A DNA stretch of 64,000 nucleotides from a phage: NCBI GenBank assembly GCA_018015315.1, contig GCA_018015315.1_3629.1; one strand, written 5' to 3'. The notes beneath the pieces are model-generated. The model saw only the letters and a program-made list of their open reading frames with translations. It was not told where the DNA came from and ran no database searches. Shown piece by piece: positions 35,779 through 45,731 of this stretch (the stretch's first letter is position 1; each line of letters starts with the position of its first letter). A program made the translations under genes and the position numbers.

Positions 35779-38090
35779 TCACCAAGGTAATTAAAAGCAA
35801 CGGATGTGAAGTGGCATTCGATCCAGAACGTTTAAATAAGGCAGCTATTTTCGGTGACGACGGTAACGGCAATTGGTCACACATTGCACTGGATGCATAC
35901 AAACGACTGTATGATGGATGTACAACTAAAGAAGTTAACCAAGCTATCATAGACTCCTGTGTTAGCCGTAAAGACGAAGAACATTCCCGTATGGCTGGTC
36001 GTGTTCTTATTGGTCAGATTTATAAAGAGGCTTTTGGAGGGTTTACAAAGATCCCTTCCTTACCATCATTTTACAATACCATGGTTGAGAAAGGGTATTG
36101 GGAGGATATGGGCTATAGCTTTACCGAGCTAAACACTTTAGACGCTGTTATTGACCACAGTAAAGATCTCGGTTATGGCTATGCAGTCCTTAAACAGTTT
36201 CGCGACAAATACGGGATCAAGGATACTCTTAAAGACACCTTGTTTGAATCTCCCCAGATGATGTTTATGGGGATAGCAATGGCTGTCATGAAGAATATGC
36301 CGAAAGAACGTCGTATCAACGATGTTGTAAAATTATACACTTATCTGTCCGACTTAAAGATCAATGCCCCGACACCGTACTTAAACGGGCTGCGCACAGG
36401 TAAGACAGGGTATGCATCTTGTTGTGTAATAAAAGCTGATGATACAGCAAAATCTATTGGTGTGGCACGTGAAGTTGCGTACACAATGACGGTTAACCAA
36501 GCAGGTATCGGCTACTATTTATCATCAAGATCTGCAGGCGATGGTGTTCGTGGTAACACTATTAAACACATGGGTAAGATTCCATATTATCGAGGTATTG
36601 ATGCTGGGGTTAAGGAGAACAGACAACAATCACGTGGCGGTTCTGCAACAGTATCATTCCTTGCACTAGACCCGCAGATTGATGAGCTAATCCGTTTGAG
36701 AAACCCTATGACTGTTGCTTCAAAAAGAATCAACACCATGGACTACTCTATAGGTATTAATAGATCGTTTATCAACCGTGTGGCTAAGAATTTAGATTGG
36801 ATGCTTGTTTCTTATAAGCACGCGCCTCAACTGCATGAAGGTATCTTCACCATGTCTATGGAGGAGTTTGATGCAGAGGTTGATCGTATCGCTAAAGATG
36901 ACAGTATTCCTAAAACATGGATCCGAGCTAGAGATCTTGCTGTTGAACTGCTCACGCAGCGTATTGAGGTTGGAAGGCTGTTCGTATACTGGACAGACGA
37001 GATGAATAGACATACACCTTTTAAAGATGTGATCTATTCAAGTAACCTGTGTGCAGAAATAGCCCTCCCGACAAAAGGCTATTCAGATATGCGTAATATC
37101 TTCAAGCACGATGTTGATGATGGCGAAGTTGCATTGTGCTTCCTGTCATCACTTGTAGCTGGAAGGGTTACCCCAGAGGAGTATGAGGATGTTGCATATT
37201 ACACGGTGCTTATGATTGACAATGTTATGGAAATCATGACATATCCGTATGAAAATATGGAGAGCACTGTTAAAAAACGCAGATCCATCGGAGTTGGCCT
37301 TACCAATGTTGCACATTTTATTGCCAGCCACAAGGTTACTTACGGATCTCCTGAAAGTAAACAGCTTGTTCACGATCTTGCAGAACTTCACAGCTACAGC
37401 TTGCATAAGGCAAGTTTACGATTGGCAAAAGAGCGTGGTGTCTGTGAGTGGATGCATAAAACAAAATACCCGGAGGGTTGGTTACCAATCGACACCTATA
37501 ACAAAGAGGTCGATAGCGTGGTGAAAGATCCTTCTCTTAAACAGGATTGGGAAGGGTTACGTAAAGAAATCATTGAAAATGGTGGGCTACGTAATAGCGT
37601 TCTTGAAGCATATATGCCTAATGAAAGCTCTTCGCTGGCAACAAACACCACTAACGGGGTTTATCCTGTCCGTGAGCACATTATCTTTAAAAAGTCGCCA
37701 CAAGGGCAGGTGCTATTTATCGTTCCTGACTATGATGAGTTGAAAAAGTATTACACTTCGGCTTGGGACGTTGATACTAACGACATGATCGATATGTATG
37801 CTGTGATTCAAAAATTCACAGGTCAGGCAATCAGCGCGGATTTATACATAGACTACACCAAGTTGAAAGATGGTAAAATTTCAATGAAGGAGCAGCTAGG
37901 GTACCTTATCCGTGCCACTAAATTCGGGATGAAGACATGGTATTATTTAAACTCTAGGGTTGGTGCTGGTGACTCCTTGGCAGAGGAACTTCATGCCAAG
38001 AAACAGGCTGAAGATGAAACCAGAAAGAACTACCCTTTGATTGCAGATAGTTCAGTTGAAGATCCGTATTGCGAAAGCTGTGCACTATAA
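35775..38090 (+). CDS. nrdA: ribonucleotide reductase class Ia alpha subunit
   Basis: 771 aa; N-terminal ATP-cone, active-site NLCAEIALP, C-terminal CESCAL tail. Confidence 0.95.
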   Translation: MITKVIKSNGCEVAFDPERLNKAAIFGDDGNGNWSHIALDAYKRLYDGCTTKEVNQAIIDSCVSRKDEEHSRMAGRVLIGQIYKEAFGGFTKIPSLPSFYNTMVEKGYWEDMGYSFTELNTLDAVIDHSKDLGYGYAVLKQFRDKYGIKDTLKDTLFESPQMMFMGIAMAVMKNMPKERRINDVVKLYTYLSDLKINAPTPYLNGLRTGKTGYASCCVIKADDTAKSIGVAREVAYTMTVNQAGIGYYLSSRSAGDGVRGNTIKHMGKIPYYRGIDAGVKENRQQSRGGSATVSFLALDPQIDELIRLRNPMTVASKRINTMDYSIGINRSFINRVAKNLDWMLVSYKHAPQLHEGIFTMSMEEFDAEVDRIAKDDSIPKTWIRARDLAVELLTQRIEVGRLFVYWTDEMNRHTPFKDVIYSSNLCAEIALPTKGYSDMRNIFKHDVDDGEVALCFLSSLVAGRVTPEEYEDVAYYTVLMIDNVMEIMTYPYENMESTVKKRRSIGVGLTNVAHFIASHKVTYGSPESKQLVHDLAELHSYSLHKASLRLAKERGVCEWMHKTKYPEGWLPIDTYNKEVDSVVKDPSLKQDWEGLRKEIIENGGLRNSVLEAYMPNESSSLATNTTNGVYPVREHIIFKKSPQGQVLFIVPDYDELKKYYTSAWDVDTNDMIDMYAVIQKFTGQAISADLYIDYTKLKDGKISMKEQLGYLIRATKFGMKTWYYLNSRVGAGDSLAEELHAKKQAEDETRKNYPLIADSSVEDPYCESCAL

Positions 38091-38097
38091 TTTTAAA

Positions 38098-38116
38098 GGG
38101 GCTTCGGCCCCATTTT
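38098..38116 (+). terminator. hairpin terminator/attenuator between nrdA and nrdB
   Basis: GGGGC-TTCG-GCCCC followed by ATTTT, 12 bp before nrdB start. Confidence 0.45.
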
Positions 38117-38128
38117 AGAGGTAGAATA

Positions 38129-39217
38129 ATGGCTGTATTTAATGCTGAGAACACCGCTCATAAAACTGGTGACTATCCGCTGTTTCTGGGACAGCAAATG
38201 GGTATGTACGACTCTATCAACAAAAAATATCCACAACTGTTCGAACTGTACAAAAAACAAAAAGAACAAGACTGGGCAGAGGATGAAGTGGATTTGTCGC
38301 AATCTATTTCAGATTTTGTAACATGCTCCAAGTCAACTTATGATGTGATGGTGCAGACCTTGATGTGGCAATGGGAGGCTGATAGCGTTGCGGCAAGATC
38401 GATCATCTGCCTCTTTTCACCATTCATCACTAATAGTGAGCTTTTCACTCTATTGATGAAACAGTCAGAGATTGAAGTTCTTCACGCACTAACTTACTCA
38501 GAGATTGTTAGACAATGCCTCCCCAATGCCCGTGAGATTATAGAAGAGATTCAGGAAAACCAAAACGTTCTGAGCAGATCTGGCGTTATTGTCAAATACA
38601 TGCAAGAGCTTGAGGTTATTGGTGCAAAATACCGACTGGATCCTTCTAGTGTTGAAGAGGATATTGTGCGGAAATGCATTCTTAGAGCGCTTTTTGCACT
38701 TTTAGCCCTGGAAAGTATTGAGTTTATTGCAAGTTTTGCATGCACTTTCGCAGTAGCTGAACAGGGTATTTTTGTTCAGGTGGCGCAGCTTGTTCAAAAA
38801 ATCATGCTTGACGAAATGCTACATTCGAAAGGTGATTTTGCCATCATTGATATCCTGCTTAATGATCCGGCATGGGAGAAAAGCTTCCTTGAGATAAAAG
38901 GGGAGTTAAAAGAGATTCTTGATGAAGTACGAACCAAAGAGTACGGTTGGAGTGACTACATTTTCAGCGAAGGAAGAGCGATTATAGGTCTTAACTCACC
39001 GTTGCTTAAAGAATGGGTTGACTATAACTGCTCACCGATTTATGATTACTACGGCATCGACAAAGACTTTGTGCCGCCAACAAAGGACCCTCTACCGTTT
39101 ATGCAGGTGTGGATGAAACCTTCATTGCAACAGACGGCGAACCAAGAAATGTCGAACACTGACTACCGCGTCAACACAACTGTTAATGACGCTGAAGAAG
39201 AAATTTGGGAGTTTTAA
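38129..39217 (+). CDS. nrdB: ribonucleotide reductase class Ia beta subunit
   Basis: start at MAVFNAENT with AGAGGTAG RBS; ferritin-like di-iron fold implied by size and context. Confidence 0.9.
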   Translation: MAVFNAENTAHKTGDYPLFLGQQMGMYDSINKKYPQLFELYKKQKEQDWAEDEVDLSQSISDFVTCSKSTYDVMVQTLMWQWEADSVAARSIICLFSPFITNSELFTLLMKQSEIEVLHALTYSEIVRQCLPNAREIIEEIQENQNVLSRSGVIVKYMQELEVIGAKYRLDPSSVEEDIVRKCILRALFALLALESIEFIASFACTFAVAEQGIFVQVAQLVQKIMLDEMLHSKGDFAIIDILLNDPAWEKSFLEIKGELKEILDEVRTKEYGWSDYIFSEGRAIIGLNSPLLKEWVDYNCSPIYDYYGIDKDFVPPTKDPLPFMQVWMKPSLQQTANQEMSNTDYRVNTTVNDAEEEIWEF

Positions 39218-39220
39218 TAC

Positions 39221-39499
39221 ATGAGCTGTGAAAAATCTTTTTTCTTTATTATTTACGGTAAAGATAACTGCCCACATTGTGTAAGAGCAAAAGAATTTGC
39301 AGTCAGTAAAGGTCTGCCTTTTGTATATAAGACACTTGGCGAGGGTTACACAAAAGAAGAGCTTATTGAGAAGTGCAGTCCAATCGTACCCAGAACGTTG
39401 CCGCAGATCTTCTTAGAAAGCAATCTTGAAAGTGTCCATATAGGCGGTGCCGACGATTTCATCTCTTTTGTTAAGAATGGTTTTGGAGAGAAAAAGTGA
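39221..39499 (+). CDS. glutaredoxin/NrdH-like redoxin
   Basis: 92 aa; CPHC active site near N-terminus; between nrdB and nrdD. Confidence 0.8.
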   Translation: MSCEKSFFFIIYGKDNCPHCVRAKEFAVSKGLPFVYKTLGEGYTKEELIEKCSPIVPRTLPQIFLESNLESVHIGGADDFISFVKNGFGEKK

Positions 39500-41619
39500 A
39501 AGTTGTAAAACGGGACGGTAGAGAAGAGGTCTATAACGGAATTAAGGTGATCAAGGCGGCAGAGTCCGCCTTACTTGAGTCTGGACATACTGAAGAAGAA
39601 GCTTACCGGATCGCCTGTGCGGTTAATGAAGTTGTTGCTAACAATCTACCAACCGATCAGTGCACGATCTCTGTAAAAAATATCCATATCCTTGTTGAAG
39701 ATGCTCTTATGGATATGGGTTTAAAATGTGCAGCCAGAGAATACATCCAGTATAGGCAGACAAGAGATAATAACAGAGAGGCAGGTGGAAAACTGCTTGC
39801 AGATATTAGTGGCTTCTTGGATCGCACTTGTGATGAATTTACAAAAGAAAACGCAAATAAGCCTACCAATCATGTACACACTCATCGTGACCTGCTTGCA
39901 GGCATCCTTAGCAAACACCTTGCATCAACACAGATCCTGCCAGACCGTGTCTCAGAAGAGCACAATAAAGGCTTCATCCATGTGCATGATCTTGACTACT
40001 TGATCAGTCCGTTAACAAACTGTTGTTTGGTAAATTATCCAGATATGTTGGAAAACGGATTCAACATTGGCAACGCCCATGTCAGTAAGCCGAAGTCAAT
40101 AGGGGTTGCAACAACAATCCTTAGCCAAATCTCTAGTGCAGTAGCTAGTGCTCAATATGGAGGTCAGACTATGAGCCATATTGATCATTATCTGGCACAG
40201 TATGCTGAGGCGACCTATGAGAAGAATCTTAAATTTTGCCAGGAACACTGGTTGCCAGATGCTGAGACTGTTGCAATGCAAATGACAGATAAAGACGTAT
40301 TTGACAGCATGCAGACTTTGCTCTATCAAATCAATACGTTAACCTCTGTCAACGGGCAAACTCCATTCATCACATTAAGTTTAGGACTGGATACCTCGGT
40401 CTTTGGTAGAATGATTACCAAAAACTACTTGAAAGTCCACAAAATGGGTCTTGGTGAAGAACGTATCACACCTGTGTTCCCTAAAGTGCTGTTCTTCCTA
40501 GAAGAGGGTGTCAACATGAGCCCTGGAGATCCCAACTATGATTTGAAACGATTAGCTCTGGAATGCTCTGCAGAGCGGATTTATCCTGACTTTGTTTCTG
40601 TTCCACTAAATCGTAAAGTGACAGGCTCGACAGATGGCAAAGTAACGAGCATGGGTTGCCGGAGTTTTCTTAGCAAATACAATGACTTGGAAACAGGCGA
40701 GGAGAAATACCTTGGTAGATTTAACTTAGGCGTTGTTAGCCTTAACCTGCCAATGATTGCGGCAAAAGCTAAAACGGAAGGTGTTGATTTCTTTGCAGTT
40801 CTTGACGAATACCTGGATCTTGCATACGAGGCTCACCTTGTAAGGGTTAACCGTCTAAAAGGAACAAAGGCAGGGCAGAACCCTATCATGTGGTGTGAAG
40901 GCGCTCTTGCTCGCCTGGATCCTGAAGAGAGTATTGATAAACTCTTCTATGACGGGTACGCTTCCATCAGTATTGGGTATATTGGTGTGTATGAAACCTG
41001 TCAGATTTTGGGCAGGGAGGGTGACAAGGCTTTAGCTCTTGGAATACTCCAGCACATGAGAGATGCTTGTGAGCGATACAAGAAGGAAAGTAGACTAGCG
41101 TTTAGCTTGTACGGCACCCCTTCTGAGAGTCTATGCTATAAAGCTGCAACCTGTCTGGATCGTGAATATCCTGAAGTGTTGAAGCACGAGCATGAATATC
41201 TCACCAACAGTTTCCATCAGCCAGTATGGATCAATAGCTCTCCTTTTGATAAGTGGGAGTATGAGGAAGGTTTTGCTATGATCTCCTCTGGTGGCAACAT
41301 CGGATACGTAGAGACACCAAATCTGAAAAACAACTTAGATGCTTTGGAAGCTCTTGTTGATTTCGGATATAAACACATTATGTATTTTGGTATCAACCAG
41401 CCTGTGGATAAATGTCTTAAGTGTGGTTTCTCTGGTGAGTTCAGTGCAACAGCTAAGGGATTCGTATGCCCAGAGTGTGGAAACCATGAAGAGGGAACGA
41501 TCAGTGTGATCAGACGTGTATCCGGGTACCTGTCTAGTCCAAACTCCCGTCCTTACAATAAAGGTAAGCAAGCGGAAGTTATAGAACGGGTTAAGCACTA
41601 CGGAAGTTGTGGTTGCTGA
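39496..41619 (+). CDS. nrdD: anaerobic ribonucleotide reductase class III
   Basis: 707 aa; N-terminal ATP-cone; C-terminal zinc site CLKCG...CPECG and glycyl-radical motif RRVSGYL. Confidence 0.9.
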   Translation: MKVVKRDGREEVYNGIKVIKAAESALLESGHTEEEAYRIACAVNEVVANNLPTDQCTISVKNIHILVEDALMDMGLKCAAREYIQYRQTRDNNREAGGKLLADISGFLDRTCDEFTKENANKPTNHVHTHRDLLAGILSKHLASTQILPDRVSEEHNKGFIHVHDLDYLISPLTNCCLVNYPDMLENGFNIGNAHVSKPKSIGVATTILSQISSAVASAQYGGQTMSHIDHYLAQYAEATYEKNLKFCQEHWLPDAETVAMQMTDKDVFDSMQTLLYQINTLTSVNGQTPFITLSLGLDTSVFGRMITKNYLKVHKMGLGEERITPVFPKVLFFLEEGVNMSPGDPNYDLKRLALECSAERIYPDFVSVPLNRKVTGSTDGKVTSMGCRSFLSKYNDLETGEEKYLGRFNLGVVSLNLPMIAAKAKTEGVDFFAVLDEYLDLAYEAHLVRVNRLKGTKAGQNPIMWCEGALARLDPEESIDKLFYDGYASISIGYIGVYETCQILGREGDKALALGILQHMRDACERYKKESRLAFSLYGTPSESLCYKAATCLDREYPEVLKHEHEYLTNSFHQPVWINSSPFDKWEYEEGFAMISSGGNIGYVETPNLKNNLDALEALVDFGYKHIMYFGINQPVDKCLKCGFSGEFSATAKGFVCPECGNHEEGTISVIRRVSGYLSSPNSRPYNKGKQAEVIERVKHYGSCGC

Positions 41620-41682
41620 TACTTGACAAAAGCCACAAGGATGTGGCATATTATTGACACACAGTGAGCTAGGAGGTACAGT

Positions 41683-41799
41683 ATGTCTACAGGTATTTAT
41701 AAAATTTGCAAGTGTGGTTGTCGTTGCAATCTTCGTTGGTGCAAGGCACTGGACGATTTTATTTGGCATTGCCCTAAATGTGATGCGGAGTATCTATGA
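41683..41799 (+). CDS. small Cys-rich zinc-ribbon-like protein (38 aa)
   Basis: AGGAGG RBS 7 bp upstream of ATG; 8 Cys in 38 aa; stop overlaps nrdG ATG. Confidence 0.4.
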   Translation: MSTGIYKICKCGCRCNLRWCKALDDFIWHCPKCDAEYL

Positions 41800-42269
41800 A
41801 TATTGCCGGATACACAGAAATATCTTACACCGAAGGGCCAGGTATTAGAACTGCCTTGTGGGTATCTGGGTGCCCACACGCTTGCCCTGGTTGCTTTAAT
41901 CAGGCATTTTGGTCAAAAGATAAGGGAAGGGAGTTTACTGAAGAAGACTTGCAAAAAATCTTGTCAGATTTAGATAACCCGTCTGTGTGCGGTATCTCTC
42001 TGCTGGGTGGAGAACCCTTAGCATACTATAATGAGCCAGATATTATTAGCCTGATGGAGAAAATTAAGGAAAAATTTGGTGACAAGAAAACTATTCTTGT
42101 ATATACTGGGTTCACATTTGACCATATCTCTAGTGATGTTCTTAAACTGGCTGATATCATCATTGACGGTAAGTATGTAAAAGATTTACCAACCAAGAAA
42201 CCGTTCCGAGGCAGTGATAACCAAAGAATGTTTAAAAAAGTATCAGGCGGTTGGGTTCAGGTAGACTAG
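41796..42269 (+). CDS. nrdG: anaerobic RNR activating enzyme (radical SAM)
   Basis: 157 aa; CPHACPGC cluster motif; follows nrdD. Confidence 0.85.
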   Translation: MNIAGYTEISYTEGPGIRTALWVSGCPHACPGCFNQAFWSKDKGREFTEEDLQKILSDLDNPSVCGISLLGGEPLAYYNEPDIISLMEKIKEKFGDKKTILVYTGFTFDHISSDVLKLADIIIDGKYVKDLPTKKPFRGSDNQRMFKKVSGGWVQVD

Positions 42270-42272
42270 CTG

Positions 42273-42302
42273 TTGACAAAGCTTTGTTTAGATAGGTATA
42301 GT
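42273..42302 (+). promoter_or_regulatory. sigma70-like promoter
   Basis: TTGACA-18 bp-TATAGT. Confidence 0.45.
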
Positions 42303-42333
42303 TATCGTAAAATGAAAGCAGAGGAGGTGCCAA

Positions 42334-42447
42334 ATGGCTAAAAAAGCCTTGAAGAAGGCGTACAAAAAAGAAATTGCGCTTGAGCTTAAGAAAAAACACA
42401 AGCGTGAAAAGAAACATCATGAGGATGAAGAGGTGGTGCAACAGTGA
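42334..42447 (+). CDS. small basic protein (37 aa)
   Basis: GAGGAGG RBS; Lys-rich; stop overlaps GTG start of next gene. Confidence 0.3.
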   Translation: MAKKALKKAYKKEIALELKKKHKREKKHHEDEEVVQQ

Positions 42448-42794
42448 CACAAGAACGTATCGATTTGGCTAATAAGTTTGTAGATCTCATTTTGCCACGG
42501 TTAGTTACTCAACATGCAGACGCTATTTCTACTAATCTTGATGGCTTACGCCTAATGCTGAATCGCACAGATGACCCTCGCATTCGGGCTGATTTAGAAG
42601 CCTCTGCCAACAAACTGGAAAAGTTCTTGCAAGTAGACACGCAAGAAGCCTTACACAAGATTATGGTGGAAGGTTTCTCTAAAGAATTTACCATTAAAGA
42701 GCTTAAGGAGCTGATCCACCAAGAAGAGATGAATATCCGAGTTCAGGCTGTTGCAAGCAGCATGGAAGAGGCTATTGAAAAACTGTTGCAGTAA
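42444..42794 (+). CDS. hypothetical protein
   Basis: 116 aa ORF. Confidence 0.4.
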   Translation: MTQERIDLANKFVDLILPRLVTQHADAISTNLDGLRLMLNRTDDPRIRADLEASANKLEKFLQVDTQEALHKIMVEGFSKEFTIKELKELIHQEEMNIRVQAVASSMEEAIEKLLQ

Positions 42795-42832
42795 AAGTAC
42801 TTGGCACATCTCAATCTAAAAGGAGTCCCAAC

Positions 42833-43621
42833 ATGGGTCGAGCTAAAGAAACAAAACGCATGCGTGATGAAGCTAGAGAGGCTCGCAAATCTGATCGCCT
42901 GCGTAAGGCTGCTGAGAAATTTGCTGACGAAAGAGAGTACACCGCTCCAGCTCTCCGACCAATGAATAAGAAGCAGCAAAAGTATCTTGATTATCTAGGG
43001 TCACGTAAGATTATCATTGTAAACGGTGTGTTTGGATCCGGTAAGACATTCATGGCATCTGCATATGCAGGTGATCTTCTGCGTAAGAACGAGATTGATA
43101 AGATCATTGTTGCACGTCCTTACGTTCAGACAGGAAAGACTTCAGGATTTAAACCTGGAAATGCAATGCAGAAACTGTGGCCCTATCTTCGAAGCATGAT
43201 GGACACGATTTGTCGTCGTGTTGGCAAAGGTGCTTTTGCCGCAATGCTGGGAGACGGTCAGAACAGCCGTATCGAGATTTGTGAGGTTGAAAGCATTCGT
43301 GGTCGTAGTTTCGATGAGCGATGCTTTGTCCTGATTGACGAGGCACAGCAAACTAACCCTGAAGAAATGTTGTCAATTATCACAAGGATCTCTGATCAGG
43401 CCACCCTTGTAATTATGGGCGATAATAGCCAACGTGACATCCCTGGTAAATCTGGCCTTGCATGGGTGACGGATTTCTTTACTCGTCATCCAGATCCTGA
43501 GGTTGGAATGATCAGCTTTGATAGTCCAGACGATGTTGTTCGTTCCGGGTTGGGTCGTCAGATTGCACTCAATCTTATTGAGGATCGTGCAAATCATATT
43601 TGGACCCCTGTTTCCGAGTAA
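42833..43621 (+). CDS. phoH: PhoH-like ATPase
   Basis: 262 aa; Walker A GVFGSGKTF, Walker B-like VLIDEAQ. Confidence 0.8.
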   Translation: MGRAKETKRMRDEAREARKSDRLRKAAEKFADEREYTAPALRPMNKKQQKYLDYLGSRKIIIVNGVFGSGKTFMASAYAGDLLRKNEIDKIIVARPYVQTGKTSGFKPGNAMQKLWPYLRSMMDTICRRVGKGAFAAMLGDGQNSRIEICEVESIRGRSFDERCFVLIDEAQQTNPEEMLSIITRISDQATLVIMGDNSQRDIPGKSGLAWVTDFFTRHPDPEVGMISFDSPDDVVRSGLGRQIALNLIEDRANHIWTPVSE

Positions 43622-43665
43622 TACAGAAGGGTGGTTATTCCACCCTTAGATATCTAAAACAGCTG

Positions 43666-43694
43666 TTGACAAACAGGTAAGATTTAGATATTAT
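43666..43694 (+). promoter_or_regulatory. sigma70-like promoter
   Basis: TTGACA-17 bp-TATTAT. Confidence 0.5.
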
Positions 43695-43724
43695 TACCGG
43701 ACAAGACAAGGAGAAGGAGATAGT

Positions 43725-44036
43725 ATGGCTACAATACAAGAGAGACTGAATAAAATATACTGCCTGTTTGTCTATAACGGCGAGACAATTTTGGCAAATA
43801 AAGGATCCAAGAATGTGTGGATCAAGGACAGTGGTGGTAATATAATCAACTTAGCGTTGCTACGTGAGCGCCGACACAGATTCTTTATCGAGTCTCGGAT
43901 TATTGAAAGCAGCACCTGCTACAGAACAGGCGATAAAGTAATTGTTGACAATGATACGTGGTATGTGGTAGACTGGCAATCATTGAGCTGTGATGCTTCT
44001 GACAATCGTAAGTATTCCCTAGTGATTGCTAAATAA
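43725..44036 (+). CDS. hypothetical protein
   Basis: 103 aa; AGGAGAAGGAG RBS. Confidence 0.45.
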   Translation: MATIQERLNKIYCLFVYNGETILANKGSKNVWIKDSGGNIINLALLRERRHRFFIESRIIESSTCYRTGDKVIVDNDTWYVVDWQSLSCDASDNRKYSLVIAK

Positions 44037-44096
44037 AGGTAAATGTGAATCAGGTTTAAATAAATAGCTTTCAACTTCCAATATTAAGGATTTCTC

Positions 44097-45146
44097 ATGA
44101 ATTTAACACCTCGCAGCACCATGGTACACGGCATGAAAGAAAAACAGAACGGTTTCGAACCTATGAGTAATAAAATGTTTGGTATGCCGGGTGGTATTAT
44201 GGAAACATACAGCTACCCAACACCTGTTGTTGACCACGTTCTTTATATCGACGATTTGGAAGACTTACAAGATCATATGTCTCGTCTGCAGACGATCCGT
44301 ATGGCTCAGCCGGAAGAAAGCATTCGGGTGATCATCAATAGCCCTGGGGGTTGCGTGCACATTGCAATGGCCTATCTGCAGGCATTCCGCGAGTCTCAGG
44401 CAAGCGTTGTTGCACATGCTGAAGGGATGTGCTGCTCTGCTGGAACAATCTTATGGCTTGGTTGTAAAGAACGTACTGTGGCTCCGGACACAGAGTTTAT
44501 GTTCCACTACTATCAAGGTGGCACTTATGGTAACGGTGTGAACATGAATACTCAGGTCAGCTACTGGAAAAAACGTTTTGAACGCCTGATCGAAAAATAC
44601 TACGGTGGGGTGCTGACAGAAGATGAGATCGCATCCATCACAGCTGGTGGCGAAGTGTGGTTGGACGGAGAAGAGCTGGCAGCACGCACTGGAGCTATTA
44701 TTCTGGATGAAGGCAACATACAACGCATCCAGAACGGACAAAAACCGAAAAAGCTTCTGGCAAAAGGTGATGAAGAAGGCGTGTTAGGTGAAGCAGGTCT
44801 TCCGGAGATTCACCAGTGCACATCTTTAGATGAGTTAGTTCATGCTGTTGAATCTGCAAAAGCGGGTGGTTCGAAAGGTGATGTTCACACTGTGTTCCTG
44901 AATCTGCAGATGGAGAGTGGCGAGACCGTCAGAATTGCCCTGGGTGAGATTACTTCAGAAGATCTGCAGAGATTCTCTGTCGTTGAACTTCAGGATATTC
45001 TGTCTCAATTGAAGACTACTCTGAACGGCGGTGAAGAGGTTAAGGTGAAAGATAAGACGCGCAAGCGTCTGGTGGACAATATTATTAAAACAGCAAAAGA
45101 GCTCAATGAAAAAATCCTGGGTGCAGGAATTGTCGAAGAAGCTTAA
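44097..45146 (+). CDS. ClpP-like serine peptidase with C-terminal extension
   Basis: INSPGG, MCCSAG (Ser), MFHYYQGG (His) match ClpP landmarks; about 130 aa extra C-terminal region. Confidence 0.65.
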   Translation: MNLTPRSTMVHGMKEKQNGFEPMSNKMFGMPGGIMETYSYPTPVVDHVLYIDDLEDLQDHMSRLQTIRMAQPEESIRVIINSPGGCVHIAMAYLQAFRESQASVVAHAEGMCCSAGTILWLGCKERTVAPDTEFMFHYYQGGTYGNGVNMNTQVSYWKKRFERLIEKYYGGVLTEDEIASITAGGEVWLDGEELAARTGAIILDEGNIQRIQNGQKPKKLLAKGDEEGVLGEAGLPEIHQCTSLDELVHAVESAKAGGSKGDVHTVFLNLQMESGETVRIALGEITSEDLQRFSVVELQDILSQLKTTLNGGEEVKVKDKTRKRLVDNIIKTAKELNEKILGAGIVEEA

Positions 45147-45158
45147 ACATTAATTCTA

Positions 45159-45182
45159 AAGCCCTCTTCGGAGGGCTTTTAT
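45159..45182 (+). terminator. rho-independent terminator
   Basis: AAGCCCTC-TTCG-GAGGGCTT followed by TT-rich run. Confidence 0.6.
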
Positions 45183-45197
45183 GATCTGGAGATTTGC

Positions 45198-45731
45198 ATG
45201 ACTTGTGCTAGAAAACCTGATGAACAACGTAACGCCTACGATGAGTATGTGACACCGGAGTGGTGTGCAGAAGGGCTGTATGACCTTATTCCGTTCCCAG
45301 AAGACTGGACCTACTTAGAGCCTTGCAGGAATAGTGCCTCAGGTGTGTTCTACTCCCGTATGCCGTTAGGATCTGCATGGGGAGAAATCCAAGAAGGTGT
45401 TGACTATCTGAATACAGAATACAACCATGTTGACTGTATTATCACCAACCCGCCGTACAGCCTGGCTCGTGAGTTTGTGGACAAGGCGTTGAAAGATGCC
45501 GACGTAGTTATTATGCTTTTGCGTCTTAATTTTCTGGAAAGCAAGGCCAGATTTGAATGGTGGCTTGATAATGCACCTACCACTGTGATCACAATATCTA
45601 AGCGCCCGTCATTCCAATCCAATGGTAGAACGGATGGGCAGGCATATGCATATTTTGTATGGGACAAGAAAAACCGTCTAAACTTGCCGCCATTTATGTG
45701 GTTGGCACCACCAGAGGCAGATTTGAAATGA
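45198..45731 (+). CDS. small DNA adenine methyltransferase-like protein
   Basis: 177 aa; catalytic IITNPPY motif. Confidence 0.6.
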   Translation: MTCARKPDEQRNAYDEYVTPEWCAEGLYDLIPFPEDWTYLEPCRNSASGVFYSRMPLGSAWGEIQEGVDYLNTEYNHVDCIITNPPYSLAREFVDKALKDADVVIMLLRLNFLESKARFEWWLDNAPTTVITISKRPSFQSNGRTDGQAYAYFVWDKKNRLNLPPFMWLAPPEADLK

